Shown: piece after piece, positions 40,978 through 52,074 of the stretch
How the letters are laid out: every line of letters starts with the position of its first letter
How positions within the stretch are numbered: position 1 is the first letter of the stretch
Assembly (NCBI RefSeq): GCF_009914755.1
Contig: NC_060944.1
DNA from: the human T2T-CHM13v2.0 reference genome, Homo sapiens
Length of the DNA stretch: 64,000 bases
Reading direction: 5' to 3' (one strand)
Program-made: the position numbers and the translations under genes
The notes under the pieces: generated by a model
What the model saw: only the letters and a program-made list of their open reading frames with translations
What the model was told of the DNA's origin: nothing
Databases searched by the model: none

Positions 40978-42709
40978 ATGAATAAATAAAATACTTAGGA
41001 ATATACCTAACCAAGGAGGTGGAAGACCTCTACAAGGAAAACTACAAAACACTGCTGAAAGAAATCGTAGATGAAACAAATGGAAACACATCCCATGCTC
41101 ATGGATGGGTAGAATCAATAGTGTGAAAATGACCATACTGCCAAAAGCAATCTATAAATTAAATGCAATTCCCATCAAAACACCACCAACATTCTTCACA
41201 GAACTAGAAAAAACAATCCTAAAATTCATGTGGAATCAAAAAAGAGCCCTCATAGCCAAAGCATGACTAAGCAAAAAGAACAAATCTGGAGGCATCACAT
41301 TACCCGACTTCAAACTATGTGGCCATAGTCACCAAAACAGCATGGTACTGGTATAAAAATAGGCATATAGACCATGGAAAAGATTAGAGAACCCAGATAT
41401 AAAGCCAAATCCTTACAACCAACTGATCTTTAACAAAGCAAACAATAACATGAAGTGGGGAAAGGACACCTTATTCAACAAATGGTGCTTGGATAATTGG
41501 CAAGCCACATGTAGAAGAGTGAAACTGGATCCTCATCTCTCACCTTATACAAAAATCAACTCAAAATGGATGGAAGACTTAAATCTAAGACCTGAAACCC
41601 TAAAAATTCTAGAAGATAACACTGGAAAAACCCTTCCACAGACATTGGCTTAGGCAAAGACTTCATGACCAAGAACCCAAAAGCAAATGCAACAAAAACA
41701 AAGGTAAATAGATGGGACTTAATTAAACTAAAAAGCTGCACAGCAAAAGAACCAGCAGGGTAAACAGACAACCCACAGAGTGGGAGAAAATCTTCACAAT
41801 CTATACTTTCGACAAAGGACTAATATCCAGAATCTACAAAGGAACTCAAATCAGCAAGAAAAAAACAATCCCATCAAAAATTGGGCTAAGGAGATGAATA
41901 GAGAATTCTCAAAAGAAAATATACAAATGGCCAACAAACATATTAAAAAATACTTAACATCATTATGATCAGGGAAATGCAAATCAAAACCACCTTACTC
42001 CTGCAAGAATGTCCATAATCAAAAAATAGATGTTGGCATGGATGTGGCAAAAAGGGAACACTTTTACACTGTTGGTGGGAATATAAACTAGTACATCCAC
42101 TGTGAAAAACAGTGTGGAAATTCCCCAAAGAACTAAAAGTAGATCTACTGTTTGACCCAGCAATCCCACTGCTTGGTATCCACCCAGAGGAGAAGAAATT
42201 TTACAAAAAAGATACTTGCACATGTTTGTAGCAGCCCAATTTGCAATTGCAAAAATATGGAACCAGCCCAAATGCCCATCAATCAATGAGTAAAGAAAAT
42301 GTGCCACATATATATACACACATATATATGTACACACACACACATATACATATATATGTACACACACACACACACACACAAACACCATGAAATACTACTC
42401 AGCCATAAAAAGGAAGGAAATAATGGCATTTGCAGCAACCTGGATGGAATTGGAGACAATTATTCTAAGTGAAGTAACTCAGGAATGGAAAACCAAACAT
42501 TGTATGTTCTCATAAGTGGGAACTAAGCTATGAGGACACAAAGGCATAAGAATGATACAATGGACTTTGGGGACTTGGGGAAAAGGATGGTAGTGAAGGA
42601 TAAAAGACTATCATCAGGTACAGTGTACACTGCTCAGGTGGTAGGTTCACCAACATCTCAGAAATCACCATTAAAGAACTTATTCATATACAAAAAAAAT
42701 TTTTAAATA
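36542..42709 (+). mobile_element. Near full-length L1PB-like LINE-1 (about 6.17 kb), inactive, sense to TOX2
   Basis: 5' UTR, ORF1 start (MGRNQKNNSGNMTK, 37490), endonuclease, RT (RQGCP, LFADD) and 3' UTR in order, with many stops and frameshifts. 16-bp TSD AGAGTTCCAAGAG(C/T)AG at 36526-36541 and 42710-42725. Confidence 0.96.
40936..40992. repeat. (AATA)n microsatellite inside the L1
   Basis: Repeated AAAT units creating overlapping AATAAA hexamers. Confidence 0.95.
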
Positions 42710-43352
42710 AGAGTTCCAAGAGTAGCAAGAGGGCTCACCAATATGTGATCACTTTGTCAGTCTCTGCATGCATCACATTTGTGCTTGTCTTATTGGCCAA
42801 CACAAGTCACACAAGGCTAAGCTCCAAGTCATTTGCACCTCCTCGTTTCTACCAAAAGCCATGGAAACAAGGAGGTGCGAACAAACTGGGACCAGTCCTA
42901 CAATAACATATGAACCTAGGTCTAAAATTTTTAATAAAAAATATTAGCAAACCGAATCCAAACTAACATACTATGAACAAGTAGGTTCATTCTAGGTTGC
43001 GAAGGTGGTTCGGCATTAAGAAATCTGCACTGTGCTGGCTCAGAATGGGGGCTTCAAAGGGCATTGTCTTTCTGTGATCAGTTGTGCTGATAGAACCTGG
43101 AGGCCCAGAGAGATGAAGCATGTTGGCCAAGGCCACACAGTGACTTGGCTGAGGAACTGGGATATGGCCTGGTCTCCACAATTTCTCTGCAGCGCTCCCA
43201 GAAAGGGGCCAGTGGCTGGCTGACTCAGCTTCTGACCCCACCACCCTCGTCCATTCGTGATCCTTGAATCCATGCCTTCCCACCCCAGGACCCTGCACGG
43301 CATCTCCTCTGTAACTTTCTCCCCAGTGTTGCTCATGTGTTGACTCTTCCAG

Positions 43353-43433
43353 GCCTACAAGAGGAAGACAGAAGCAGCAAAGAAGGAATATCTGAAGGCC
43401 CTGGCAGCCTACCGGGCTAGCCTCGTCTCCAAG
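43353..43433 (+). CDS. TOX2: TOX2 coding exon (81 nt, phase 0-0): HMG-box helix 3
   Basis: TTCCAG acceptor ending 43352; donor AAG|GTAACA. Translates [27 protein letters not shown], completing the HMG box in frame. Too short to appear in the ORF track. Confidence 0.96.
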
Positions 43434-44287
43434 GTAACACCCGGAATCTCCAGGCACAGCCCTGATCAGAGTGGGGCCACTTGAGGAATGGAGCAAGAAC
43501 TGGGGCCCGTGGGAAGGGCCGGCACCCCAGGTCTTAGAAAGAATGGCTCAGACCTACATGGTCATGTCTGCAGGGCACCTACAGCGTGCCAGGCTCATTC
43601 TGGGCACTTTACATGCATTTCATTGGCTTCTTCCAACAAGAACCCAGCACCCAGAGGGGTTGAGCAACTTGCCTGAAAAGATCCAGTTTGTTAAAGTGGC
43701 CGCACTAGGATTCAAACCCAGTTTTGCCAGTTTTATGTGGCCTTCACTTCTGACCGCTGATGGGGCTTGGGACACGCTACCCCAAAATATGGCACCTCCT
43801 CACCACACCGTCGGCCTCCTCTGTCAACACCAGCAACGTAGGAAGCTAAGTGTGGCTGCGGATGCGTGGCCCAAGTGGAGGTGGGTGTTGTTCCTGGTAC
43901 AGAAGAGATGGCATCCAAACTGGTCTATAACAGGCCAAGTAAAAGGTGGTTCAAAGTCAAGGGAACAACATCTACAAAGGCACAGAGGTTGGAAGGAGCA
44001 TGATTAGAGCTGGCTCAGTGGGATGGTGCTTGTCTCACTGGCCAGGCTGAGGAGCATGGATTCCCCCAAGGGCAGGGGAGCCCCCCAAAGATAAAAGCAG
44101 TAGGTGACTGGATGGTCAGAGCCAAGGGGACTAAGGACCCTGTGCTATCTCTGGTTAGTCCAAGCTCTCTCCCAAGACAGCCAGCCAGCAGCCGTGTCAG
44201 TGGGTTGCAGAGCCTCCTGGCCTCACAGCCCATGTTCTGGCTCATCCCTCTTCTGTTCTCCAGTGACTGATATCTGTCTCCTTCCAG

Positions 44288-44683
44288 AGCTCCCCAGATC
44301 AAGGTGAGACCAAGAGCACTCAGGCAAACCCACCAGCCAAAATGCTCCCACCCAAGCAGCCCATGTATGCCATGCCAGGCCTGGCCTCCTTCCTGACGCC
44401 GTCGGACCTGCAGGCCTTCCGCAGTGGGGCCTCCCCTGCCAGCCTCGCCCGGACGCTGGGCTCCAAGTCTCTGCTGCCAGGCCTCAGTGCGTCCCCGCCG
44501 CCGCCACCCTCCTTCCCGCTCAGCCCCACACTGCACCAGCAGCTGTCACTGCCCCCTCACGCCCAGGGCGCCCTCCTCAGTCCACCTGTTAGCATGTCCC
44601 CAGCCCCCCAGCCCCCTGTCCTGCCCACCCCCATGGCACTCCAGGTGCAGCTGGCGATGAGCCCCTCACCTCCAGGGCCACAG
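44288..44683 (+). CDS. TOX2: TOX2 coding exon (396 nt, phase 0-0): Pro/Ser-rich region
   Basis: CTTCCAG acceptor ending 44287; donor CAG|GTAAGC. Translates SSPDQGETKSTQANPPAKMLPPKQPMY...AMSPSPPGPQ, in frame with ORF 44342..44908. Confidence 0.95.
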
Positions 44684-45305
44684 GTAAGCAGGGAAGAGCA
44701 GAACAGCCCTTCTGTGACCGTGTGGGGAGGGGAAGCGGCTTTGCCCTTTCAAACCCTGGCCCTGCCACTCACCAGTGATATAACCTCAGCCTTGGCACCT
44801 GACCTCTCTGAGCCTCAGTTACCACATCTAGGAAGTGGGTCTCGCACACCTTACCTGAGATGTGCTGGCTGCAGTGAACAGTTCACGAGTTGCCAGACTG
44901 ACTCTTAGGATACTCCAGTCCCCCCTTCCTGCATCCTCAGCCCTAGCCCTGGCCCTTCCCAAAGCCTTCGAGACCTTACCCCCGCTAATTGTTCCACAGA
45001 GATTGCTACGAGGTTCACATGGCCCTTAGAGGTCATTGGGTTCAGTAATTCCATTTTACAGATCGAGAAACTGAGGCCCAGAAAGGGAAAGGCCCTGAAA
45101 GCCAAGTCCTTCAGCCCCTGATTCAGCCAAGACAAGGGTTGAACATTTTGAAAGGTGCTCTACTGGGAGCAAGGCAGCAGCCCTGGAGGCAGCATCTCTT
45201 TGGTGTGGACACCCTTGGACACATGGGCTCTCACCCCGGGAGGCCTGGGACAGTCTGCCCCCTCATCTCTCCTTGGCTCATGGCCTCCTCCTTCCCACTC
45301 TGTAG

Positions 45306-45433
45306 GACTTCCCGCACATCTCTGAGTTCCCCAGCAGCTCGGGATCCTGCTCACCTGGCCCATCCAACCCCACCAGCAGCGGGGACTGGGACAGCAGCTA
45401 CCCCAGTGGGGAGTGTGGCATCAGCACCTGCAG
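45306..45433 (+). CDS. TOX2: TOX2 penultimate coding exon (128 nt, phase 0-2)
   Basis: TGTAG acceptor ending 45305; donor CAG|GTTAGT. Translates DFPHISEFPSSSGSCSPGPSNPTSSGDWDSSYPSGECGISTC plus a split Ser codon. Confidence 0.93.
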
Positions 45434-45729
45434 GTTAGTCCTCGCCCGTCCCTGCCTTTGTCCTGCCAGCCAGGGAGAGTGGGAACAGGATGGCCAGGGA
45501 TGGGAGAATGGCCAAGGGCAACGTGGACAGGGGAGGACCCTGCAGTCACTGTCAGCCCTGCTGAGGGGATCGATATCTCAGATGACACCGCAGAGCCAGG
45601 CCCCGGAAGGACTCTGCTGGCCTGATGCTGAGGCCTGCTTGGGAAACTGACTAGTCTTCAGTCTTGCTGCTTCTTCCTTGCTCCTGTTTTTTTCACAAGT
45701 GCTTCCACGTGACATTCACAGATGAGTCC

Positions 45730-46135
45730 TGCATCTTAGGCCAGTTCCCTAGAAGCAGAGCCTGAGGCAGCAGGGATTGGGTGCCTTTGGGGATGCACTG
45801 GGGAAAGCTTGCAGGAGAAGGGGGTGAGGGAGGCAGGACAGGGTGGGGGAAGGAGCTGAGGGGGGATGTGGCCTCAGCTGAAGACTTGCTTCTGCCTCAT
45901 CCCATGGGAGCCCTGGAGCATGAACGGTGCTAGAGTGGCTCCCACCTGGAGGTCAGGGAACTGGCTTTTTGAACCCTTCATCAGTCAGCCCTTGGCTGTG
46001 GGCTGCCCCGGGGTGAGTGTAGCCCACTGGGCAGGGCAGCTCCCAAGACTAGAACAGCTAAGAATGCAGGACAGGGGACCTCGGTGGGACACGGTGGGAG
46101 AAGGGACCCACTGTCTATCCCAAGGAATTACAGAC
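45730..46135 (-). mobile_element. ERVL-type solo LTR (LTR16-like) in the last TOX2 intron
   Basis: TCTTAGGCCAGTTCCCTAGAAGCAGAGCCTGAGG... Confidence 0.6.
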
Positions 46136-47225
46136 ACCTTAGAGACCCCTTCTCCCTGCACCCCAGTGTCCTCCCTAGTCCTCCTGTGGGCCTCCTGTCT
46201 CAGGCCTCTGTTCCTATCCTGCACTCCACCTTTCAAACCCATGCTAACACCTCCCTCTAGAAAGTCTTCCTGGATCCACGCCACCCCAACTCTGGGGAAG
46301 AGTGACCTTTCAACAACCGCAGCCAGCAGGAGAGGGAGAGTGCAGTGAGGAGGGACACTTGCTCCTTAACCCGCCAGCCAGGTTCCCATTCCCTTGGCAA
46401 AAATGAGTCCCGCAGCCACACCTGGGGGACGTAGTGCCAAGCAGCTGTCCCAGCGATAGCGCCACAACCTGGAAGGCACAGCGCACTTGTCGGGTGGCCA
46501 CCTTGCTGCTGAGAACCGCTGCCCCCAGCCCTAGCCTCGGCCTCCCAGCACACGGCTGGTTCCTCTGCTGACCCACCAGCGCCCCTGGACACTGAACAAG
46601 TGACCAGCGCGCATGCCCCATTTCTGACATGCCTGAAGTGAGATTCTACATGGGTGGGTGGACTCAGCTCAGCAAGAATCCCTTCCCTGCACCCCAAGCA
46701 GGTGCAGACCCTCCTACCCCAGCCCTTTCCTGTCCCTAAGTTTCCTTCTCAAAAGTCAGAATACTTAGGGTATGTAGGGGAGTGTCACACAATGTCCAAG
46801 CCTCCTGAGGCTTGCCCATCACATCCAGCATGGAGGTCAGACCCCAGCAGGGCCGTATTTTAAAAACATAAAAAGCACCTGTCCTCCCTTAATTCAGTTT
46901 GAGATTTACAAATTCCTGTGATTAAAAACCCATGTGAGAGCAATGGTGACATCGGCGTGCGCCTCGATGAAAGACAGACACGCTACTGCCCTTTCACCCA
47001 GAGCTGAGGACCGGGTGGTCCCCTGCTGGGTTTCCGGGAGGGGTTTGGTTCTGCTTGGTGTAGAGGTGGGTGGGGGTGGGACTTGCAGATGCAAGTCCCT
47101 CATTCAGCCACAGAGGGGCAGCCGAATCCAGGGGTGGGGGTGGGGCGTACAGTGCAGGGGTCCTGGTGCTCCCCTGGCCCGGAGAGGTACCCAACAGCTT
47201 TGACAGCCCCTCCTCTCTCTCACAG

Positions 47226-47262
47226 CCTGCTCCCCAGGGACAAATCGCTCTACCTCACCTAA
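47226..47262 (+). CDS. TOX2: TOX2 terminal exon, coding part with stop codon
   Basis: CT-rich tract plus CACAG acceptor ending 47225. The phase-2 join gives SLLPRDKSLYLT then TAA (47260-47262); the RDKxLYLT C-terminus is shared with TOX. Confidence 0.94.
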
Positions 47263-48193
47263 TCCCGCCTCCCTACCATCCCTGAGGCTCGCTGGAAGGC
47301 ACTGCTCAGAGCCTGAAGGGCTGACAGCAGAAAAGAGGCCCTGGCCAGAGGCAGGGTGGCCCATCGGAGAGAGCAGTGACACACCCATTGCCCGGGGGCT
47401 GAGTCTCTTCCTCAACCTCCCACCAGACTCTGCAGAGGCAGCCCACTGCCCACCACCAGCCCAAAGAACCTGCAGGAACCTTCCGCCCGCTGACCTGCTT
47501 GCTCCAGGGTAACTGTGGACCCTGTCCTCGCCCTGCGCACGGTACCCTATGTCTGGACACCCGGCCCCAGCTCCAGCCCCAGCCCACGTGGGCCGCCCCT
47601 GGCGGGGTCGCTTACCAACGGACACCCACCCCAGATGCATGGGCCAGAGGGCCGGCCCCCGGCATAGATGTGCACATCGGTTTTCCAGTGTGAACAAAAG
47701 ATTACGAAACCTAGAAACTGTTGGTTCCGTGTAAGTAGTTGACTACGTGTTTTAGAACTGTGCTGAAGACATCTGTAAGACTATTTTGTGGGGGAAAAAA
47801 GTAGTTTCCTTTAAGGTAAAAAGCATTTTATATGATCCTTAGCACATTTTTAAGTTTTATCTTAAGGGAGACGCGCACAAAAGCGGCTGCCAAACCGTTT
47901 CGTCATCCTCACAGCAAGGACCGGACGCTTGCTAGCCACCCCGGAGCACTGCTCTCCTTTTAATCATGTATTCATCTATTTTAAATTGCCGGCGACGACT
48001 TTTGTCTATTTATGAAGAAACCTTGAGAACGAAGTTACAGCTTATCCTACCGTGTGTGTGGTTTTGGGGTTTCGTTTGGGTTTGGGTTCTTGACGTCGTT
48101 TGCAGCTGTTTCCTGGCCCTGGCGAGTGTCTGTCTTGGTGCCCAGTGCTTCTCTCAAATCTCTTTATAATAAAACTTCTGAAAAGCTGAAAAC
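47263..48193 (+). other. TOX2: TOX2 3' UTR (about 0.93 kb; end approximate)
   Basis: Repeat-free sequence from the stop codon to about 20 nt past AATAAA. Confidence 0.8.
48168..48173 (+). terminator. Polyadenylation signal AATAAA of TOX2
   Basis: First AATAAA after the stop codon, with a T-rich upstream flank, a CA about 20 nt downstream and a GT/T-rich element (GTCTGTGTCTCCTT) after it. Confidence 0.85.
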
Positions 48194-49403
48194 AAGTCTG
48201 TGTCTCCTTGCCCTTGGTGAGCCAGGGTTGAACCCCCTAAAGTGGCATAGAGCCCCTCGGGCCAGACGGACACGGGTCAAAGTCTTGCCTGACCTTTACC
48301 AGCCCATGTGGGTTTGTGTGTGGGTGATGGGACCACTCTGACCTCAGTCTTGCCCTCTAAGGGGGTAACAGTGGTCAGACCCGTAGGGCTCTTGCGACGA
48401 TGAGAAGGGGTGTGGGCAAGAACGCCGCCACACAGGAACTTGCATCAGCTGGTGACAGTGGCGAGCCCTTCCTCTGGAGGATGGGGCCACCCAGGCTTGT
48501 GGAGGTGAGCAGTGGGAATCCAGGGAGGAGGCCAAGGGGTTTTTCAAACCTGAGTGTAGGAAGCATCCCAGACAGGGAATTCTTTAAACCAGATTTCCCA
48601 GCAGATGTTAGATGGTGATACTAACAACGACAGCAAACAACAACAAAAGGCAAATAATAGTTGACTGTTTTAACTACATCTGGAAAAATACCAATTGCCT
48701 GGTGGGAGGCTGCAACTCTTGCACCCTGTGATGCAGCCATTTTGAGGTGGGGACAGGTGCCCCCGCTCCCAGCCAGGCTCGGGACCCAGACAGAGGAGCC
48801 CCCACACTCAGGACAGCTCTCCCAGCCTCTCACTCTCCAATCACGGTAAACCCCCTCCTTCCAGATGACAGCCCAGGAGTGGGGTGCAGTTTCCCCACTG
48901 GAGGGCATTTTGTAATCCACTTTAGAAAAATAAAATAACCCCAAACCAGCCACCTGCCGTCCCGTCAGCAGCAGCACCGCAATGTGCAGCATAAATATTT
49001 CATGTGGTTACAATTTCCTTTTCTATGTGGGGCTTGTCAGTAACACGACGGCTTAGACAGTTTAATATTCAACTCTTGCTTCCATGTTTGTGAAAACAGC
49101 ATCACTGGGATCCACGCAGACAGCCCACAATGACAAGAGTACAAGGCCCTCCTTGTACAGTGGTGCTGAGGCGGAGGCCTGCTGCCACCCCTCACAGCTG
49201 CACCAGGAGCTCAGGAGTCCTTTCCAAGCATCCACACGCCAAGACCACCCCCTCTAGGCTGCACGGGACACTCAGAGGCCCCAAGCAGAACCTAAGCGCC
49301 CTGCCTGCAGGTATCAGGGACTGTCGCACGGGTGTGTTCTGGGGCCCAGAGAGTGAGAATAGAGCCTAAAGGCCAATTTCAGGGCCATGGAGTGGACAGC
49401 GAC

Positions 49404-49748
49404 TGTCTTAGTCCATCCCAGCTGCCATAACAGAGTGCCATGGGCCAGGTGGCTCACAGCAACACAAACTTACTGCTCAGTTGTGGAGGCTGGGAGGTCT
49501 AAGATCAAGGCGCTGGCAGCTTCAGTGTCAGGTGAGGGTTCACTTGCTGGTTCGTAAACGTCCATCCTCTCGCTGTGTCCGACAGGGCAGGAGGGGAGGG
49601 TGCTCTCCAGAATTCAACAGCACTCACCCCAATCCTGAGGGCTCCGCTCAGTCACCTTCCAAAGGCCCCGCCTCCAAATACTGGCCCATTGAGGGTTAGG
49701 ATTCCAATAATCAAATTCCGGGAGGACACAACCATTCAGTCTGTAGTG
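49404..49748 (-). mobile_element. MLT1A/MST-type MaLR LTR
   Basis: TGTCTTAGTCCAT...GGAGGCTGGGAGGTCTAAGATCAAGG...GGACACAACCATTCAG. Confidence 0.8.
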
Positions 49749-49759
49749 CCGACTGCAGT

Positions 49760-50100
49760 AGTTGGCACTGGTGTCCCCCTCTCGCCTGTCCTCTTCTGTT
49801 GCCAGAGCCCATCCCCAGGTCCTGAGTGCCATCCCAGTCATTGCCCCCCAGAGCTGCCACAGCTAATGACCAAATAATGGAGACGCCAACTCTCTGGTCC
49901 CATTCACAACCCGAGTCCACGGGAGCAGCCTGAAGCTGCCTCCAGCGGCAACACCATCCTTGCTAAGCTCCCTCCCCCCACCCCGCCCTGCTCTGAGGAT
50001 GTGACTCCCTCCTGGGAGCACCCACTCAGTAAATCGCTTGAACCAGAATCCCCATCTCAGGCCCGTATGTTTCTAAGGCAACAGCCTATCATACTGACTA
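49760..50100 (+). mobile_element. ERVL-type LTR (LTR16-like), opposite orientation to the intronic copies
   Basis: Ends CTCAGTAAATCGCTTGAACCAGAATCCCCATCTCAGGC, the reverse complement of the start of the 19935 and 45730 copies. Confidence 0.55.
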
Positions 50101-51728
50101 TGCCCATGGCCCAAGTGGGGCCACATCGGTATTGCTCCAAATGTCTCTGGCTCTGGTCTTACCTGCAACTACAAGACTTTCAGCCCCGAAACCACCACCC
50201 AAGCCCCACTCCAGGGCCTTCCTCCTTCTTGGGAGGCAGTGTCTGCTGCATGTTTTCTACTCCATCCTGCAATGATGGTGGCCACGACCCACAGCGCCTC
50301 CAAGAACCCAGGGTCACACCGGCTGTGAAAGCACTGGGGTCTCTGCCATGGGCTCTCTCACTCCCCATCCCTGTGCTCCCAAAGCTGCCAGCCCTGGGTG
50401 CCCCAGCCTTGTCGTGGGCCAGGTTCTCCCTGCAGCATCCTCCACCTGCCGGGACCAGTCTACGGTCGGGGCCCCTCACACCTTGAGGCTTCAAGTTATT
50501 GCCAGACCCTAGAGCAGTGGCCCCAACAGTGTGAACACCTTTAACTCCTACCTGCAGCCTGCCCCCACTGCCCACAGAGCTGGCCCAGGGAGCAACCCCA
50601 CTCACCCTTCCCAGGGCCAAGCGCCTTCCTCAGGTTTCTCCATCTCACACCTCCCCCAACAAACTCATCTCGGTCCAAACAGGAGGCAGGACCTGGGCCG
50701 AGGCTGAGACCACGCCCCCTCCCCCAACCCCAGAAGGCAGTCATGGCTGGTCCCAAAATTGCCCAGTAGTCATTCCTCCTTGGAGGGATACACAGAAATT
50801 TTTACACTGGATTGGAATGTGGGCAACATGGCACAGATTAATTTTTTGATTAATTTTCAGAGTCCGCGATGCTAAAATTCGATACGTTCATTCAGCAAGA
50901 ATACAAACAACAGAGCAGCTCTTCTCTGCCACACAGCACATACGTATACATACATCAGTTAGCGTGGAATTATCTGTTCTTGAAAGTTTGAAGTAACTCC
51001 CATGCGAAAAAGATCTGATGTGCTGTTATAGATTCAGGAGTTTAAAAAAAATTGTTCAACCCATCAGTTATTAACCAGCTCTGCTTCCCAAATTACCCAA
51101 AACGAATAACCTCAAGCCCACCAAACGCTGAAGGGTAGTCAGTCAGAGTGAGAGGCAGTGTCGGGGTGGTGGTTAGGAGGGAGGGCTGGGTCACAGCCTG
51201 CCTGGGAGAATATTCGCTTGGCTGCCTACAAGTTGTATGAGCTCAGGCAAGTTTCTTAACTTCTGTTTCTTCATGTCTAACTTGGAGATAATAGTCTCCT
51301 CTTCAAAGGGCTGTTCTAGTAACAATGAGTTAATATAGGTAAGTCCTTAAAATAGTATTATTTCTCATTATTATATAATAATACTTAATCTCTGCACCAG
51401 GTCAAGTTTCTTGCATCGTGTACTATTCAGGATGTGCTAGGCTACGCTGCAGAAACAACTCCCATCTCAGCAGCTTAACCCAACAGAGTTGATCCCTCCA
51501 AGCCTCCTCCAAGCCACCAAGAACATTTGGGGATCCAAGGTTCTTCTCTGTGGTGGCTCTGCCACCCCCTTCACCCTCGGAGCCCTCCCTGAGTCCTCTA
51601 TAGCCAGCCAGTGGTGAGTGAGCCGGGGATCCTGCAGAAGCAGGAAACGAAGTGGTGCCTGTCACTGCTTCCCGTTTCCTGATGGCCACAGCTAGTCAGC
51701 AGGGATGGGAAATGGAATCATCCCAGAG

Positions 51729-52074
51729 AAGGGGTCCCCAACCCCTGGGCCAGTCTGTGGCCTGTCAGGAACCGGGCCACACAGCAGGAGGTGAGCGGTG
51801 GGCGAGCAAGCATTACCGCCTGAGCCCCACCTCCTGTCAGATCAACAGCAGTATTGGATTCTCACAGGAGCGTGAACCCTATTGTGAACTGCGCATGCGA
51901 GTTACATGCTCCTTGTGAGTAGGTTACACGCTCCTTATAAGACTCTAACTAATGCCTGATGACCTGAGGTGCAACAGTTTCATCCCAAAACCATCTCCCC
52001 GCCGCCTGCCAGCCATGGGAAAGTTGTCTTCCATGAAACTGGTCACTGGTGCCAAAAAAGTTGGGGACCACTGT
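51729..52074. mobile_element. MER1B (hAT-Charlie)
   Basis: AGGGGTCCCCAACC...GGTGCCAAAAAAGTTGGGGACCACTG with terminal inverted repeats. Confidence 0.88.

Larger units (their letters stand above)
36230..42910 (-). mobile_element. Old MLT1 LTR split by the L1PB insertion (parts about 36230-36541 and 42710-42910)
   Basis: AAAATTTAATGGCTTAAAACAATAATCATTTATT... on the left resumes as ...ATTGGCCAACACAAGTCAC on the right of the L1. Confidence 0.7.

Noticed and set aside
37490-42400. L1 as an active retrotransposon
   Set aside because: ORF1 and ORF2 are broken by many stops, frameshifts, deletions and an internal duplication.
44288-44310. Consensus-like donor AAG|GTGAGA 16 nt into the Pro-rich exon (possible microexon)
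   Set aside because: A 16-nt exon would shift the frame and nothing in the sequence indicates use.
44342-44908. 188-aa ORF as a standalone protein
   Set aside because: It is a TOX2 exon plus read-through of a strong GTAAGC donor into intronic MIR-like sequence.
47104-47697. 197-aa antisense ORF over the last exon
   Set aside because: GC-rich sequence poor in stop codons; no domain, promoter or splice support.
50800-51110. AT-rich block resembling a conserved enhancer
   Set aside because: AATTATCTGTTCTTGAAAGTTTG...AACTC resembles antisense old L1M sequence, which explains the composition.
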